From positions 14,340 to 78,339 of the forward strand of contig JAWXAN010000034.1 in NCBI GenBank assembly GCA_034439475.1: DNA of 64,000 nucleotides, read 5' to 3'. This DNA is from Candidatus Zixiibacteriota bacterium. GTDB taxonomy: Bacteria > Zixibacteria > MSB-5A5 > GN15 > FEB-12. The number at the start of each line of letters is the position of its first letter. Within the stretch, counting starts at the first letter, position 1. Shown here one piece after another: positions 56,803 through 64,000 of the stretch. Both the position numbers and the translations under genes were made by a program. Below the pieces are notes generated by a model. The model was not told the origin of the DNA. It did not search any database and saw nothing but the letters and a program-made list of their open reading frames with translations.

Positions 56803-58814
56803 AGCGATTTATTCTTCTCGTGTTGATACTTGCATATCTTCCTGTTCAGGCCAACGATCAAGATCTGTCGATAGAGCGCCAGCGTGAGATTATCGAAGAC
56901 TATCTGTTTGTCAAAGGAGGGCGGTCACTACCCTCTAAATCCGCGGCTGAGTTTATCGAAGAACACGAATATAATGGTCTGCCTATTAAGTGCGGCATGA
57001 CTGCCGCTGCCGACTTCAGCCTTAACAGAAGCAAACTGGACAAACAACTTCTGCTTTCTCTTGGAGGCGATGCGCTGCAGTCACGCCCGATATTGGATAC
57101 GAGTTATGTTTCCCCGAGCGGTCTCTTTCTGATTCATTATACGAAGACCGGGACCGATGCGGTCTTTCAGGCGAATGTGGACTCAGACGGTGATGGTCAT
57201 CCTAACTACGTAGAGATGGTAGGGGTCATTGCCGATTCAGTGTATAACTCAATTGTCAATGTTATGGGATATCCTGCTCCTCCTGCAGATTCATTTTATC
57301 TTTCGGGAGGAGATGAGAAGTATGACATTTATCTCACCGATCTTGGCACCGGAATTTTTGGCTTGGCATATATTGATTCCACCTACATTGGCAATCCGAT
57401 AACCCTGAGCGCGACTTCGTTTATCGAACTCGAAAATGATTTCCAGCAGATTGATAGATACAAAGATCGCCCGCTCGATGCCGTGCGGGTCACCCTCGCC
57501 CATGAATATTTCCATGCCATACAGTTCGGCATTGATCACACCGAGGCCGATGTTGTGAACCAGCAGGTCAAACGATATTGGATGGAGATGTCGGCGGTCT
57601 GGATGGAAGAACAATTATACGACCACATAAATGACTACTATTCATACCTGCCGTATTTCTTCGAAGATCCGCAGAGCTCCCTTCAACGATTTATCGGGTT
57701 CGCGGATTTTCATCCTTATGGCGCGGCTATCTTCCCCTTGTACTTGTCAGAAAAGTTCGACCCGGCTCTTATTCGGGAAATTTGGCTGCGCTGCGGCACA
57801 CTCGGCTTCGGCGGACAAGTATTCACTGCTATCAATCAGATATTGGCCAACCCGATGTATGGCAGTTCACTGTCAGGGGCCTTCAATGAATTCTGGCTGT
57901 GGAACTACTTTACCGGGCAATATACTGAGACTGCCCCAAATGGAATTGGTTACGAAGAAGCCGTCGCCTATCCTATTATTCCACTCACCGAAATGGCACG
58001 GCACACCAGTTATCCCTTCAATGTTGTTTTTGGCAATCCCTATCAGCCGCATCATAATGCGTCAACGTTTATCCGGCTGGAAGAACTTCAATCCCGCACA
58101 TATGACAGATTCCGCTGTGACAGCACAGACAGTGGCGTATGCGTGGACTCATCAGAAATTCAGATACTCGGTTTTGTGCTCAGCTCCCTTCCTCAACCTT
58201 GGGTGCTTTCAGTCGTATATCAACTCGAAGCATTGCCTGATTCACATTTTGTAGAGACGTCCCCCGTGCCTGGATTATCTGGTGTCCTCGAATTTCTGAA
58301 TCCCGATCTTTACCGCTCAATTAGCCTAATATTTACAACCGGAACAACAAACGCCTCGCTTTATTCGCAAGCTACCGAGCTTGGTATTTCCTATACAACA
58401 GGCGGCACCGATTCCAGCGAAGTTAACCCGGCGCTCATTAGTAGACCAGCCGCCGTGCTGACCCCGTATCCGAACCCTGCCGTTGTCTCAAAAATGGGTG
58501 GGGAGAATCTCAAATTCCGCTTTGCTGTTCCCACAGACTCAATAACAATTCCAGTTTTCAGCAGCCCCTTGCTATTGGTTGATCTCTTTACAGTTTCAGG
58601 CGAGTTTGTTCAGGCGCTTGAGGGAACATTTGCTGGCGAAGATCGTCTTGGGCTCTACCGCGCAGGATTATTTGAATCCGAATGGAATATGAAAAACCAG
58701 TCGGGATCGCCGGTCTCGTCGGGTGTCTATTTTGCCTACGCCCGGCTGTACAGTTCTCCGGACAAAAAGACTCTTTTGGCCGAAGACAAAGTCAAGGTGG
58801 CGATTATCCGATGA
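56799..58814 (+). CDS. secreted putative zinc metalloprotease (HExxH) with T9SS/FlgD-Ig-like C-terminal domain
   Basis: It has a signal peptide and 'VTLAHEYFHAIQF' (HExxH). The C-terminus 'WNMKNQSGSPVSSGVYFAYARL....KVKVAIIR' resembles T9SS type-A sorting domains. Confidence 0.55.
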   Translation: MKRFILLVLILAYLPVQANDQDLSIERQREIIEDYLFVKGGRSLPSKSAAEFIEEHEYNGLPIKCGMTAAADFSLNRSKLDKQLLLSLGGDALQSRPILDTSYVSPSGLFLIHYTKTGTDAVFQANVDSDGDGHPNYVEMVGVIADSVYNSIVNVMGYPAPPADSFYLSGGDEKYDIYLTDLGTGIFGLAYIDSTYIGNPITLSATSFIELENDFQQIDRYKDRPLDAVRVTLAHEYFHAIQFGIDHTEADVVNQQVKRYWMEMSAVWMEEQLYDHINDYYSYLPYFFEDPQSSLQRFIGFADFHPYGAAIFPLYLSEKFDPALIREIWLRCGTLGFGGQVFTAINQILANPMYGSSLSGAFNEFWLWNYFTGQYTETAPNGIGYEEAVAYPIIPLTEMARHTSYPFNVVFGNPYQPHHNASTFIRLEELQSRTYDRFRCDSTDSGVCVDSSEIQILGFVLSSLPQPWVLSVVYQLEALPDSHFVETSPVPGLSGVLEFLNPDLYRSISLIFTTGTTNASLYSQATELGISYTTGGTDSSEVNPALISRPAAVLTPYPNPAVVSKMGGENLKFRFAVPTDSITIPVFSSPLLLVDLFTVSGEFVQALEGTFAGEDRLGLYRAGLFESEWNMKNQSGSPVSSGVYFAYARLYSSPDKKTLLAEDKVKVAIIR

Positions 58815-59365
58815 CTTCCGCATCCGAGCGCGAATTGTCCCTCGGAAAAATTCATAGCTTGACGCGTATTGCTCTTTTTTCCGCGCTTGTCTATGTCCTC
58901 GCCTATGCGACTGCCTATGCGATAAATGTTAAACTGACCTTCTTCATTGTCTTCACCGCCGGATTTGTCTGGGGAGTTTTCTCAGGAATGCTTGTTGGCG
59001 TCATCGGAACCGGACTTTGGTCATTTTTAAATCCCTATGGCCCGGTGAACCTGCCTGTTATGCTGGCGCAGATGGGAGGCATGGCGTTAAGCGGAGCAAT
59101 CGGCGCCCTGTACCGCCAGACATCATTCTGGAAAATGTCCGCCGCGACAAAGATTCTCTCACTTGTAATTACCGCTCTGATCTCAACCCTTGCCTTTTAC
59201 ATCCCGGTAAACATTGTCGATGCCGCAATCAACCAGCCGTTCTGGCCGTGGTTCTATACTGGCATGCTCTGGTCAGGCCCGTCGCTTCTTTCAAACGCGC
59301 TTATATTTCCCCTCCTCTTTGGAGCGACACTTCATCTCTATAAACGGGAGACGTCTCGATCATGA
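58811..59365 (+). CDS. polytopic membrane protein (ECF-transporter S-component-like, putative)
   Basis: The ATG at 58811 forms an ATGA overlap with the upstream stop. It has about 5-6 TM helices. The family assignment is weak. Confidence 0.45.
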   Translation: MTSASERELSLGKIHSLTRIALFSALVYVLAYATAYAINVKLTFFIVFTAGFVWGVFSGMLVGVIGTGLWSFLNPYGPVNLPVMLAQMGGMALSGAIGALYRQTSFWKMSAATKILSLVITALISTLAFYIPVNIVDAAINQPFWPWFYTGMLWSGPSLLSNALIFPLLFGATLHLYKRETSRS

Positions 59366-61365
59366 AGAGAATTGCCGCGCTTGTTCTGCTCGGTGCGCTA
59401 ATGTTCTGCAATGCCACCAAGGCTGATTCTGTCGATTCCTCCCGCTCTCCGCTTCCTCCAGTTTATGATACAATCGATGTCGCCGACACCCTCGATGTGA
59501 AGGATAGTTTGGGAACCGAACGCGACCGGCTCAAAGATTTTGAAGCCCGCATTCGCGTTCGGCAACAACTTGAAAAAGAACGTGAGCCTCGTCCAAAACC
59601 TTTTTTTTACTTCGACTCGCTTTCGGCATATCTGTTATCTCCGCGGCTGGATAACGGCTCCGCGGTGCGTAGGTTTTTCACCCGCGATGCCGGTGATTAC
59701 TTTCGCACTCACCCCGGGTTTTTCTCTCTTGCCCATCAGACCACACCGATGAGGACAACCGTGCAGCCGTTCGGACTTCAGGGCGACCGCATGAACTATC
59801 TTATGGCTGGTCAACAGTACCGCCCCTTCGAACATATTATAGAACCGGACGGTTTGGTTGACCTCAATGATCTGCCGACCACGCTTGATGAGAGTATCTA
59901 TGTCCTGCCGGCCGGAGCAGGGGCTGTTTTTGGCGGCGACGGGAACGGTGTGGCGACCCTTTTGACTATACCGATAAAACGTGACACAGCATCCCCGCAC
60001 ACGGCATTCATTGTCGACAAGGGCTTTTATAGCTACTCGAATGTACGAGGCAGATACGCCAACAATTTTTCAAACGGACGAAAACTGACAGCATCGCTCG
60101 GCTATAAAACTGCCGATGGTCTTGTTGTTAATCGTCAGCATGACTCATACACCTACACCGCCGATCTCTATCAGCCTCTGACTGGCCGGTACGCGCTGAA
60201 AGTGGCGGGATCGCTCAATGATGCCGAGGGACCGCTTCCGTTGTATCCTGATATTGGCGGTTCGTCAATTCAGCGCAAGCGGTTTGATCGTTCCTTGCGC
60301 GTTGCCTTTCTCGCCCACACCAATAATTTTACTGCAACAAATTCATTCGGTTACAGTCATTTACGCCAAGGCTCCAATATTGATGGCCCGTACAAGGGGC
60401 GTTTTAATATCACAGGGCATTCTCTCGAGACTGGCCGCGAATGGCTCAAGGGGAATAAGGCTTTCTCCTCGGACGTCGAACTGCACTCAAATCAATATGA
60501 TGACGGCTTTGAGCGTTTCGACCGGTATCATGGTGAACTTTCATTTGGTTTTGTGACTCTTACAAAACCTTCGAATTACGCTGTGCGCTTCTCGGCGCGT
60601 GCGGTTGAAGGTGTCGGACTGCTTCCGTCGGTATCGGCAGTATGGCAGAAAGAATCCGAGAATCTATTTTTCATGTTCTCTGCGCTTTACCAGGAACGGG
60701 AACCGACTCTGCATGAACTTCATCTTCGTCATCAGCGATCGCTGGTCTATCCGTCGTCGTTCGGGATCTATTCCGATATCGGCAATCCGAATTTGGAGCA
60801 GGAGCGCCAGCTTGTCGGCTCAGCCGATGTCGGATGGGGGAATGTCGCGCGATCGCTGTGCCTGTCGGTTGCCGGCGGAAAGATATTTGACGGAATCGAT
60901 TGGCGATACCGCAACAGCATTGACGAGACAACATTCTTTCCAATGAACGGGAATGTGACATTTCTAAATGTAACCGCGCGCGGGAAGTTGCAGTGGAAGG
61001 ATGTCGTCACCGCCTCAGCTGGCGCGAGTCATTACACCGTGGATTACGATGCCTTTGCTGATAGGGCATACACACCCGATTTTCATTTTTTCTCAAACCT
61101 TGAACTTCATTGGTTCTGGAAAGCAAAACTGATTCATCTCTATGGGTACGGCGAGTTTATTTTCCTGGGGCCATACGAAGGATACCAAGGTCGATTCCTC
61201 GGCGAGATTCCGCTCCTGAATGTCTCTCTCTCATTCCAATTGAATACCTTTCGCTTTCATTATGTCATTCAGAATCTGCTTTCGAATAGCTATGAGCCGA
61301 GGGAATATTTTGAGGATGTGGGGCGATTCAATTCGTATGGTTTTATCTGGAATTTCTTCGATTGA
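59362..61365 (+). CDS. outer-membrane beta-barrel protein (TonB-dependent-receptor-like, putative)
   Basis: It has a signal peptide, is 667 aa, and has a Y/F/G/N-rich alternating pattern with an aromatic-rich C-terminus ('YGFIWNFFD'). It overlaps the upstream gene. Confidence 0.5.
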   Translation: MKRIAALVLLGALMFCNATKADSVDSSRSPLPPVYDTIDVADTLDVKDSLGTERDRLKDFEARIRVRQQLEKEREPRPKPFFYFDSLSAYLLSPRLDNGSAVRRFFTRDAGDYFRTHPGFFSLAHQTTPMRTTVQPFGLQGDRMNYLMAGQQYRPFEHIIEPDGLVDLNDLPTTLDESIYVLPAGAGAVFGGDGNGVATLLTIPIKRDTASPHTAFIVDKGFYSYSNVRGRYANNFSNGRKLTASLGYKTADGLVVNRQHDSYTYTADLYQPLTGRYALKVAGSLNDAEGPLPLYPDIGGSSIQRKRFDRSLRVAFLAHTNNFTATNSFGYSHLRQGSNIDGPYKGRFNITGHSLETGREWLKGNKAFSSDVELHSNQYDDGFERFDRYHGELSFGFVTLTKPSNYAVRFSARAVEGVGLLPSVSAVWQKESENLFFMFSALYQEREPTLHELHLRHQRSLVYPSSFGIYSDIGNPNLEQERQLVGSADVGWGNVARSLCLSVAGGKIFDGIDWRYRNSIDETTFFPMNGNVTFLNVTARGKLQWKDVVTASAGASHYTVDYDAFADRAYTPDFHFFSNLELHWFWKAKLIHLYGYGEFIFLGPYEGYQGRFLGEIPLLNVSLSFQLNTFRFHYVIQNLLSNSYEPREYFEDVGRFNSYGFIWNFFD

Positions 61366-61457
61366 AGGAAATTTTACTTCGATAACAAATATTGGGCGGT
61401 GTCCTAATTTGAAAATAGGGGCAATCTGATTGCAAGATGAAGTACGGGTTTAAATTC

Positions 61458-61486
61458 TTGACATTTTTAAGCCGATCCATTATATT
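61458..61486 (+). promoter_or_regulatory. near-consensus sigma70 promoter of the Panacea-domain gene
   Basis: TTGACA (61458-61463), a 17-nt spacer, then TATATT (61481-61486). It lies 38 nt upstream of the GTG start. Confidence 0.55.
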
Positions 61487-61524
61487 AAAATACACATAAC
61501 ACAGCGGTTTGGTGAGGGTAGTCG

Positions 61525-62058
61525 GTGCGATTTCAGAAGAGAAAATTTAAGGAGCTGGTTCTTTATATTTCAGCCAAGTGTCAGGAACATGAGTTCTTTG
61601 GCAAGGTCAAGCTGAATAAATTACTGTTCTTTTCTGATTTTACAGCCTTTAGACGTAGAGGGCTGTCAATTACGGGAGCCAATTACCAGAAATTGAAAAT
61701 GGGGCCATCCCCTCGTCTTATGCCGTCTATCCTTGACGAAATGATTGCCAATGCTGAATTGGCTATCATACGGAAGAAATGCTATGATCGTATCCAGCAC
61801 CGGCCAACTCCGCTTAGAGAGTCGAATCTTGAATTTTTTGAGGCATGGGAAATTGATATTGTAAATGATATGATCGTGAAGTACAAAGACCAAACTGCCG
61901 ACGAAATTAGTAATCGGTCACATAAGTTTATAGGTTACGAATTGGCGAGCCTTAAAGAGGACATTCCGTACAGCACCGTTTATTGCCGAGAACAAGAGCC
62001 GTCGGATATTACTCCTGAGATTATCAAAATAGCAGTCGCACTAGAGCGACAGGCTTAA
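61525..62058 (+). CDS. Panacea (DUF4065, SocA/PanA-like antitoxin) domain protein
   Basis: The GTG start follows a GGTGAGGG RBS. 'GKVKLNKLLFFSDFTAFRRRGLSITGANYQKLKMGPSP' matches the Panacea/DUF4065 core pattern (KL.KLLYF.D......G.pITG..Y....GPv). Confidence 0.7.
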   Translation: MRFQKRKFKELVLYISAKCQEHEFFGKVKLNKLLFFSDFTAFRRRGLSITGANYQKLKMGPSPRLMPSILDEMIANAELAIIRKKCYDRIQHRPTPLRESNLEFFEAWEIDIVNDMIVKYKDQTADEISNRSHKFIGYELASLKEDIPYSTVYCREQEPSDITPEIIKIAVALERQA

Positions 62059-62063
62059 TCGAC

Positions 62064-62363
62064 TTAGTTCTCCCCCAACTTTTTATGAAGAACTCTACAG
62101 ATTTCAACCTTTCTGTCATTGATGCGAAAGAGAACCGACACGGAAAAGCCTGAACGCATAGGCCGCGCTTTGTAGCAACGGACATTTGTCCCCTCTACCG
62201 TATCGCAAATGTCCGCATTCCGCTCCAAATGGTATCTTATGCCAAAGATGACCTCGTCAATCTCAGAACAATCACTGATTTTGTCTCGGTGGCACTTTAA
62301 TTCTTTGTAGGCTTCATTCGTCATGTCGACTCGTCTAAATCGTAGAGCACTCTGATCCATCAT
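62064..62363 (-). CDS. hypothetical small protein, RelE/ParE-toxin-like C-terminal pattern (tentative)
   Basis: A 99-aa ORF whose start overlaps the transposase stop by 4 nt. The C-terminus 'GFSVSVLFRINDRKVEICRVLHKK' resembles the '..y.iiYri.d..v.I.rvlH..' end of RelE/ParE toxins. An alternative start is M14 (62324). Confidence 0.35.
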   Translation of the reverse strand: MMDQSALRFRRVDMTNEAYKELKCHRDKISDCSEIDEVIFGIRYHLERNADICDTVEGTNVRCYKARPMRSGFSVSVLFRINDRKVEICRVLHKKLGEN

Positions 62364-63220
62364 TTACCCTCTGGCTTTGATCTGGCTCCATGGCTATCAC
62401 AAGCATCGACCAAATCGTTTATAGTCCACACGCTCTTAGTAACCCCAGCCTCCATTGCGGGCGTAACTCTCAAAGACCTGTGAATCCTGACAAAATTGTA
62501 GTAACCGAAGTGTAATGCAATAGAAGCCTCAAGATTTTCCAACTTTTTGGAGAAAGCGTCGGTTAGCCTCGTTAAGCGTCGAATACTCATCCTCATTAAA
62601 AGATTGCTCCTCTCAACATAGCTTGTCGAGATATGTCCTTCTTCTGGACGGCCAACCCTCACTGACCTTTTAATTGATGAAACTCGCGGCGGACTATACC
62701 TACCCGGCCCGACTGGTTCTGCTTCGTATGACTTTACAATCTGACCGTAATCGACGTTAGCACCGAACACACGATCAATCGCCTCTATATATGAGGGCAT
62801 AGCATCAGATGATATTTGGACTCTGTTAGCCAAACGACCGGATAACTCACTAAGGAATTGTGTCGTAGTTTCAAGATTGCGTTTGCCAACCCTATAAGCA
62901 GGGACAAGACGAGTGTCAGCGTCTATTGCAACGAATGTCCAGAAATCACCAGTTCTGTTTTGATCGTCAGCCTCGGTTAGTCTGCGTTGATGCCGACCTA
63001 CATACCCCCAAATCTCATCAAGCTGAACCCGACGGCATTGGAGATCATGGAATTCACTTGCCATGATATTCTTGCAACCATTACCAACCTTGACCATGAG
63101 TCTTAGAATTGTATCTCGGTGGACATTGGTAATCCGTTCAGTTGATCGAACTGAAGCACCCTCGACAAGACACCTGATAACAACTTCTTGCTTGTCTCGC
63201 TTCAAGTTATTCATTGACAA
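62360..63220 (-). mobile_element. IS1-family transposase gene (single-ORF type with N-terminal HTH); IS ends not identified
   Basis: 'VQLDEIWGYVG' and 'STSYVERSNLLMRMSIRRLTRLTDAFSKKLENL...YYNF' parallel IS1 InsB 'DEQWGYVG' and '[30 protein letters not shown]..HYLN'. I could not locate terminal inverted repeats. Confidence 0.75.
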
Positions 63221-63246
63221 ACTCCTGCCGATAAGGTATAATGAAG

Positions 63247-63315
63247 TGGAGTGCCGGGGGCTCGAACCCCGTGGCGTCAGATGTCAAGCCCGACCCAGAA
63301 ACCATTTCGCACCCC
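63247..63315 (-). other. 69-nt tRNA-like element (intact acceptor stem with G3:U70 and canonical T arm; no normal D arm)
   Basis: The minus strand reads GGGGTGC-GAAATGGTTTCTGG-GTCGGG-CTTGACA-TCTGAC-GCCA-CGGGG-TTCGAGC-CCCCG-GCACTCC-A. It has a 7-bp acceptor and a 5-bp T stem with a TTCGAGC loop. The 6-bp 'anticodon' stem has a loop with C at position 37. It is not a canonical tRNA. Confidence 0.35.
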
Positions 63316-63516
63316 AAATCCGGCCCTCGAACTTACCCTTCGGGGGCTTCTGTTTTCGATCTCCTCAACAATATATGTAATAGCATCGAGTAGTACAATA
63401 CTTATTTGAAAGTATTTCATATTTTTTTATCGTGAGCTTAACGCCAAAAACATCTTGACAATCTTTTCGCCTCCCATACATTGTCATTAGAAACTCAAAC
63501 CTTTGGAGGCCTGATT

Positions 63517-64000
63517 ATGGCTGAACAGTCTGGCGGTACGGCTCCTGATTTAAGGGGTAAAAAACAGCGGAGCCCAAACTTCCCCGTGATGGGTCTAAAA
63601 GAGGCTGTCGAAAAAATCAATGCCATCTATGCAAAAGACGGTAATGCGGGTAGTACCCGCGAGGCCGTCCTAAAGCACTTAGGGTATAAGGGAGAACATG
63701 GGGCCTCATTGACCGCAATTTCCGCCTTAAGAAAATTTGGATTGACAAGTGAGGAAAATGGGCGTATTGTCCTTACAAGAGACGCACTTTATATCGTCTT
63801 GAAGGGTGGTAGCGAGGCTGAGAAGTTAGCCGCTCTTAAGAGATGCGCCTTAAAGCCGGAAATCTACAAAGAGTTGTGGCGAGAGTTCGCCGAAAGGGGT
63901 GGACTTCCCGGCGATGATACTCTGCGAACCTTGTTGGTGATGGAACGGGGATTCAACCCAAAGGCGGTTGAGGGGTTTATTAGGGATTTTAGGCAGACGC
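63517..64000 (+). CDS. hypothetical protein, N-terminal 161 aa (3' end outside window; absent from ORF track)
   Basis: The ATG lies 7 nt after a TGGAGG SD, and the frame stays open to the window end. The translation is 'MAEQSGGTAPDLRGKKQRSPNFPVMGLKEAVEKINAIYAKDG...'. A TTGACA box sits at 63456-63461 upstream. Confidence 0.6.
   Translation, partial: MAEQSGGTAPDLRGKKQRSPNFPVMGLKEAVEKINAIYAKDGNAGSTREAVLKHLGYKGEHGASLTAISALRKFGLTSEENGRIVLTRDALYIVLKGGSEAEKLAALKRCALKPEIYKELWREFAERGGLPGDDTLRTLLVMERGFNPKAVEGFIRDFRQT

Noticed and set aside
61437-63247. 7-nt direct repeat ATGAAGT at 61437-61443 and 63241-63247 as target-site duplication of a 1.8-kb composite element
   Set aside because: I found no terminal inverted repeats inside the two copies. 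A 7-mer match over 1.8 kb is expected by chance.
63247-63420. Full-length tmRNA (ssrA) on the minus strand
   Set aside because: The 5' and 3' acceptor halves are only 69 nt apart. There is no tag-peptide reading frame, resume codon or pseudoknot body, and the upstream sequence runs into another gene's promoter.

Overview
This is a gene-dense 64-kb bacterial chromosomal window. I found no rRNA genes and no CRISPR array. Most of it is housekeeping, read left to right as follows.

(1) An oxidative pentose-phosphate operon: zwf (5' end outside the window), an opcA-like gene, ybjQ, pgl and glk, followed by a thiamine diphosphokinase.

(2) tRNA-Gln(CUG), followed by about 0.9 kb of decayed island remnants: a recombinase tail and a frameshifted head of a type III restriction-helicase.

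(3) A tightly coupled 7-gene minus-strand envelope operon (14440 to 5961). It is built around an ATP-grasp amidoligase and a 7TM-transglutaminase, with TPR, CarboxypepD_reg and dockerin-like proteins and an outer-membrane (OM) barrel.

(4) A monocistronic gene with a consensus promoter, a strong Shine-Dalgarno (SD) site and a terminator. It encodes a 656-aa secreted protein made of 13 tandem six-cysteine 'GACC' repeats and ends in the same dockerin-like tail. Directly upstream on the same strand sits a VKOR-DsbA-DsbA' fusion oxidoreductase, then an LTA-synthase-like gene and ilvA.

(5) A stress-protein cluster (GlsB/YeaQ, DUF892), a 6xPKD lipoprotein, EEP, AI-2E and YihY membrane proteins, and a LemA-TPM-TPM module.

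(6) An RND pump (adaptor plus permease) and a HlyD/ABC/2xFtsX pump.

(7) A complete suf operon: Rrf2 regulator, sufC, sufB, sufD, a Rieske protein, sufS, sufU and a DUF59 protein.

(8) manC, a SPOR protein, tsaC, an LMW phosphatase, DUF3108, a deoxyhypusine-synthase-like gene, a fused FTCD, a PHP protein, and then a metalloprotease, a membrane protein and an OM barrel.

(9) A small accessory patch at the right edge: a Panacea-domain protein, a ParE/RelE-like ORF coupled to an IS1-family transposase, a 69-nt tRNA-like element, and a partial unknown ORF.

The best candidates for something undescribed are the cysteine-repeat protein, the Cys-bracketed dockerin-like C-terminal module, the adjacent VKOR-DsbA fusion, and the ATP-grasp/7TM-transglutaminase operon. 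Together they may form a surface-protein maturation or anchoring system. A T9SS-type C-terminal domain and the dockerin-like modules suggest an uncultured FCB-superphylum-like organism; that is inference only.

All family assignments come from motif recognition by eye. No searches were run.
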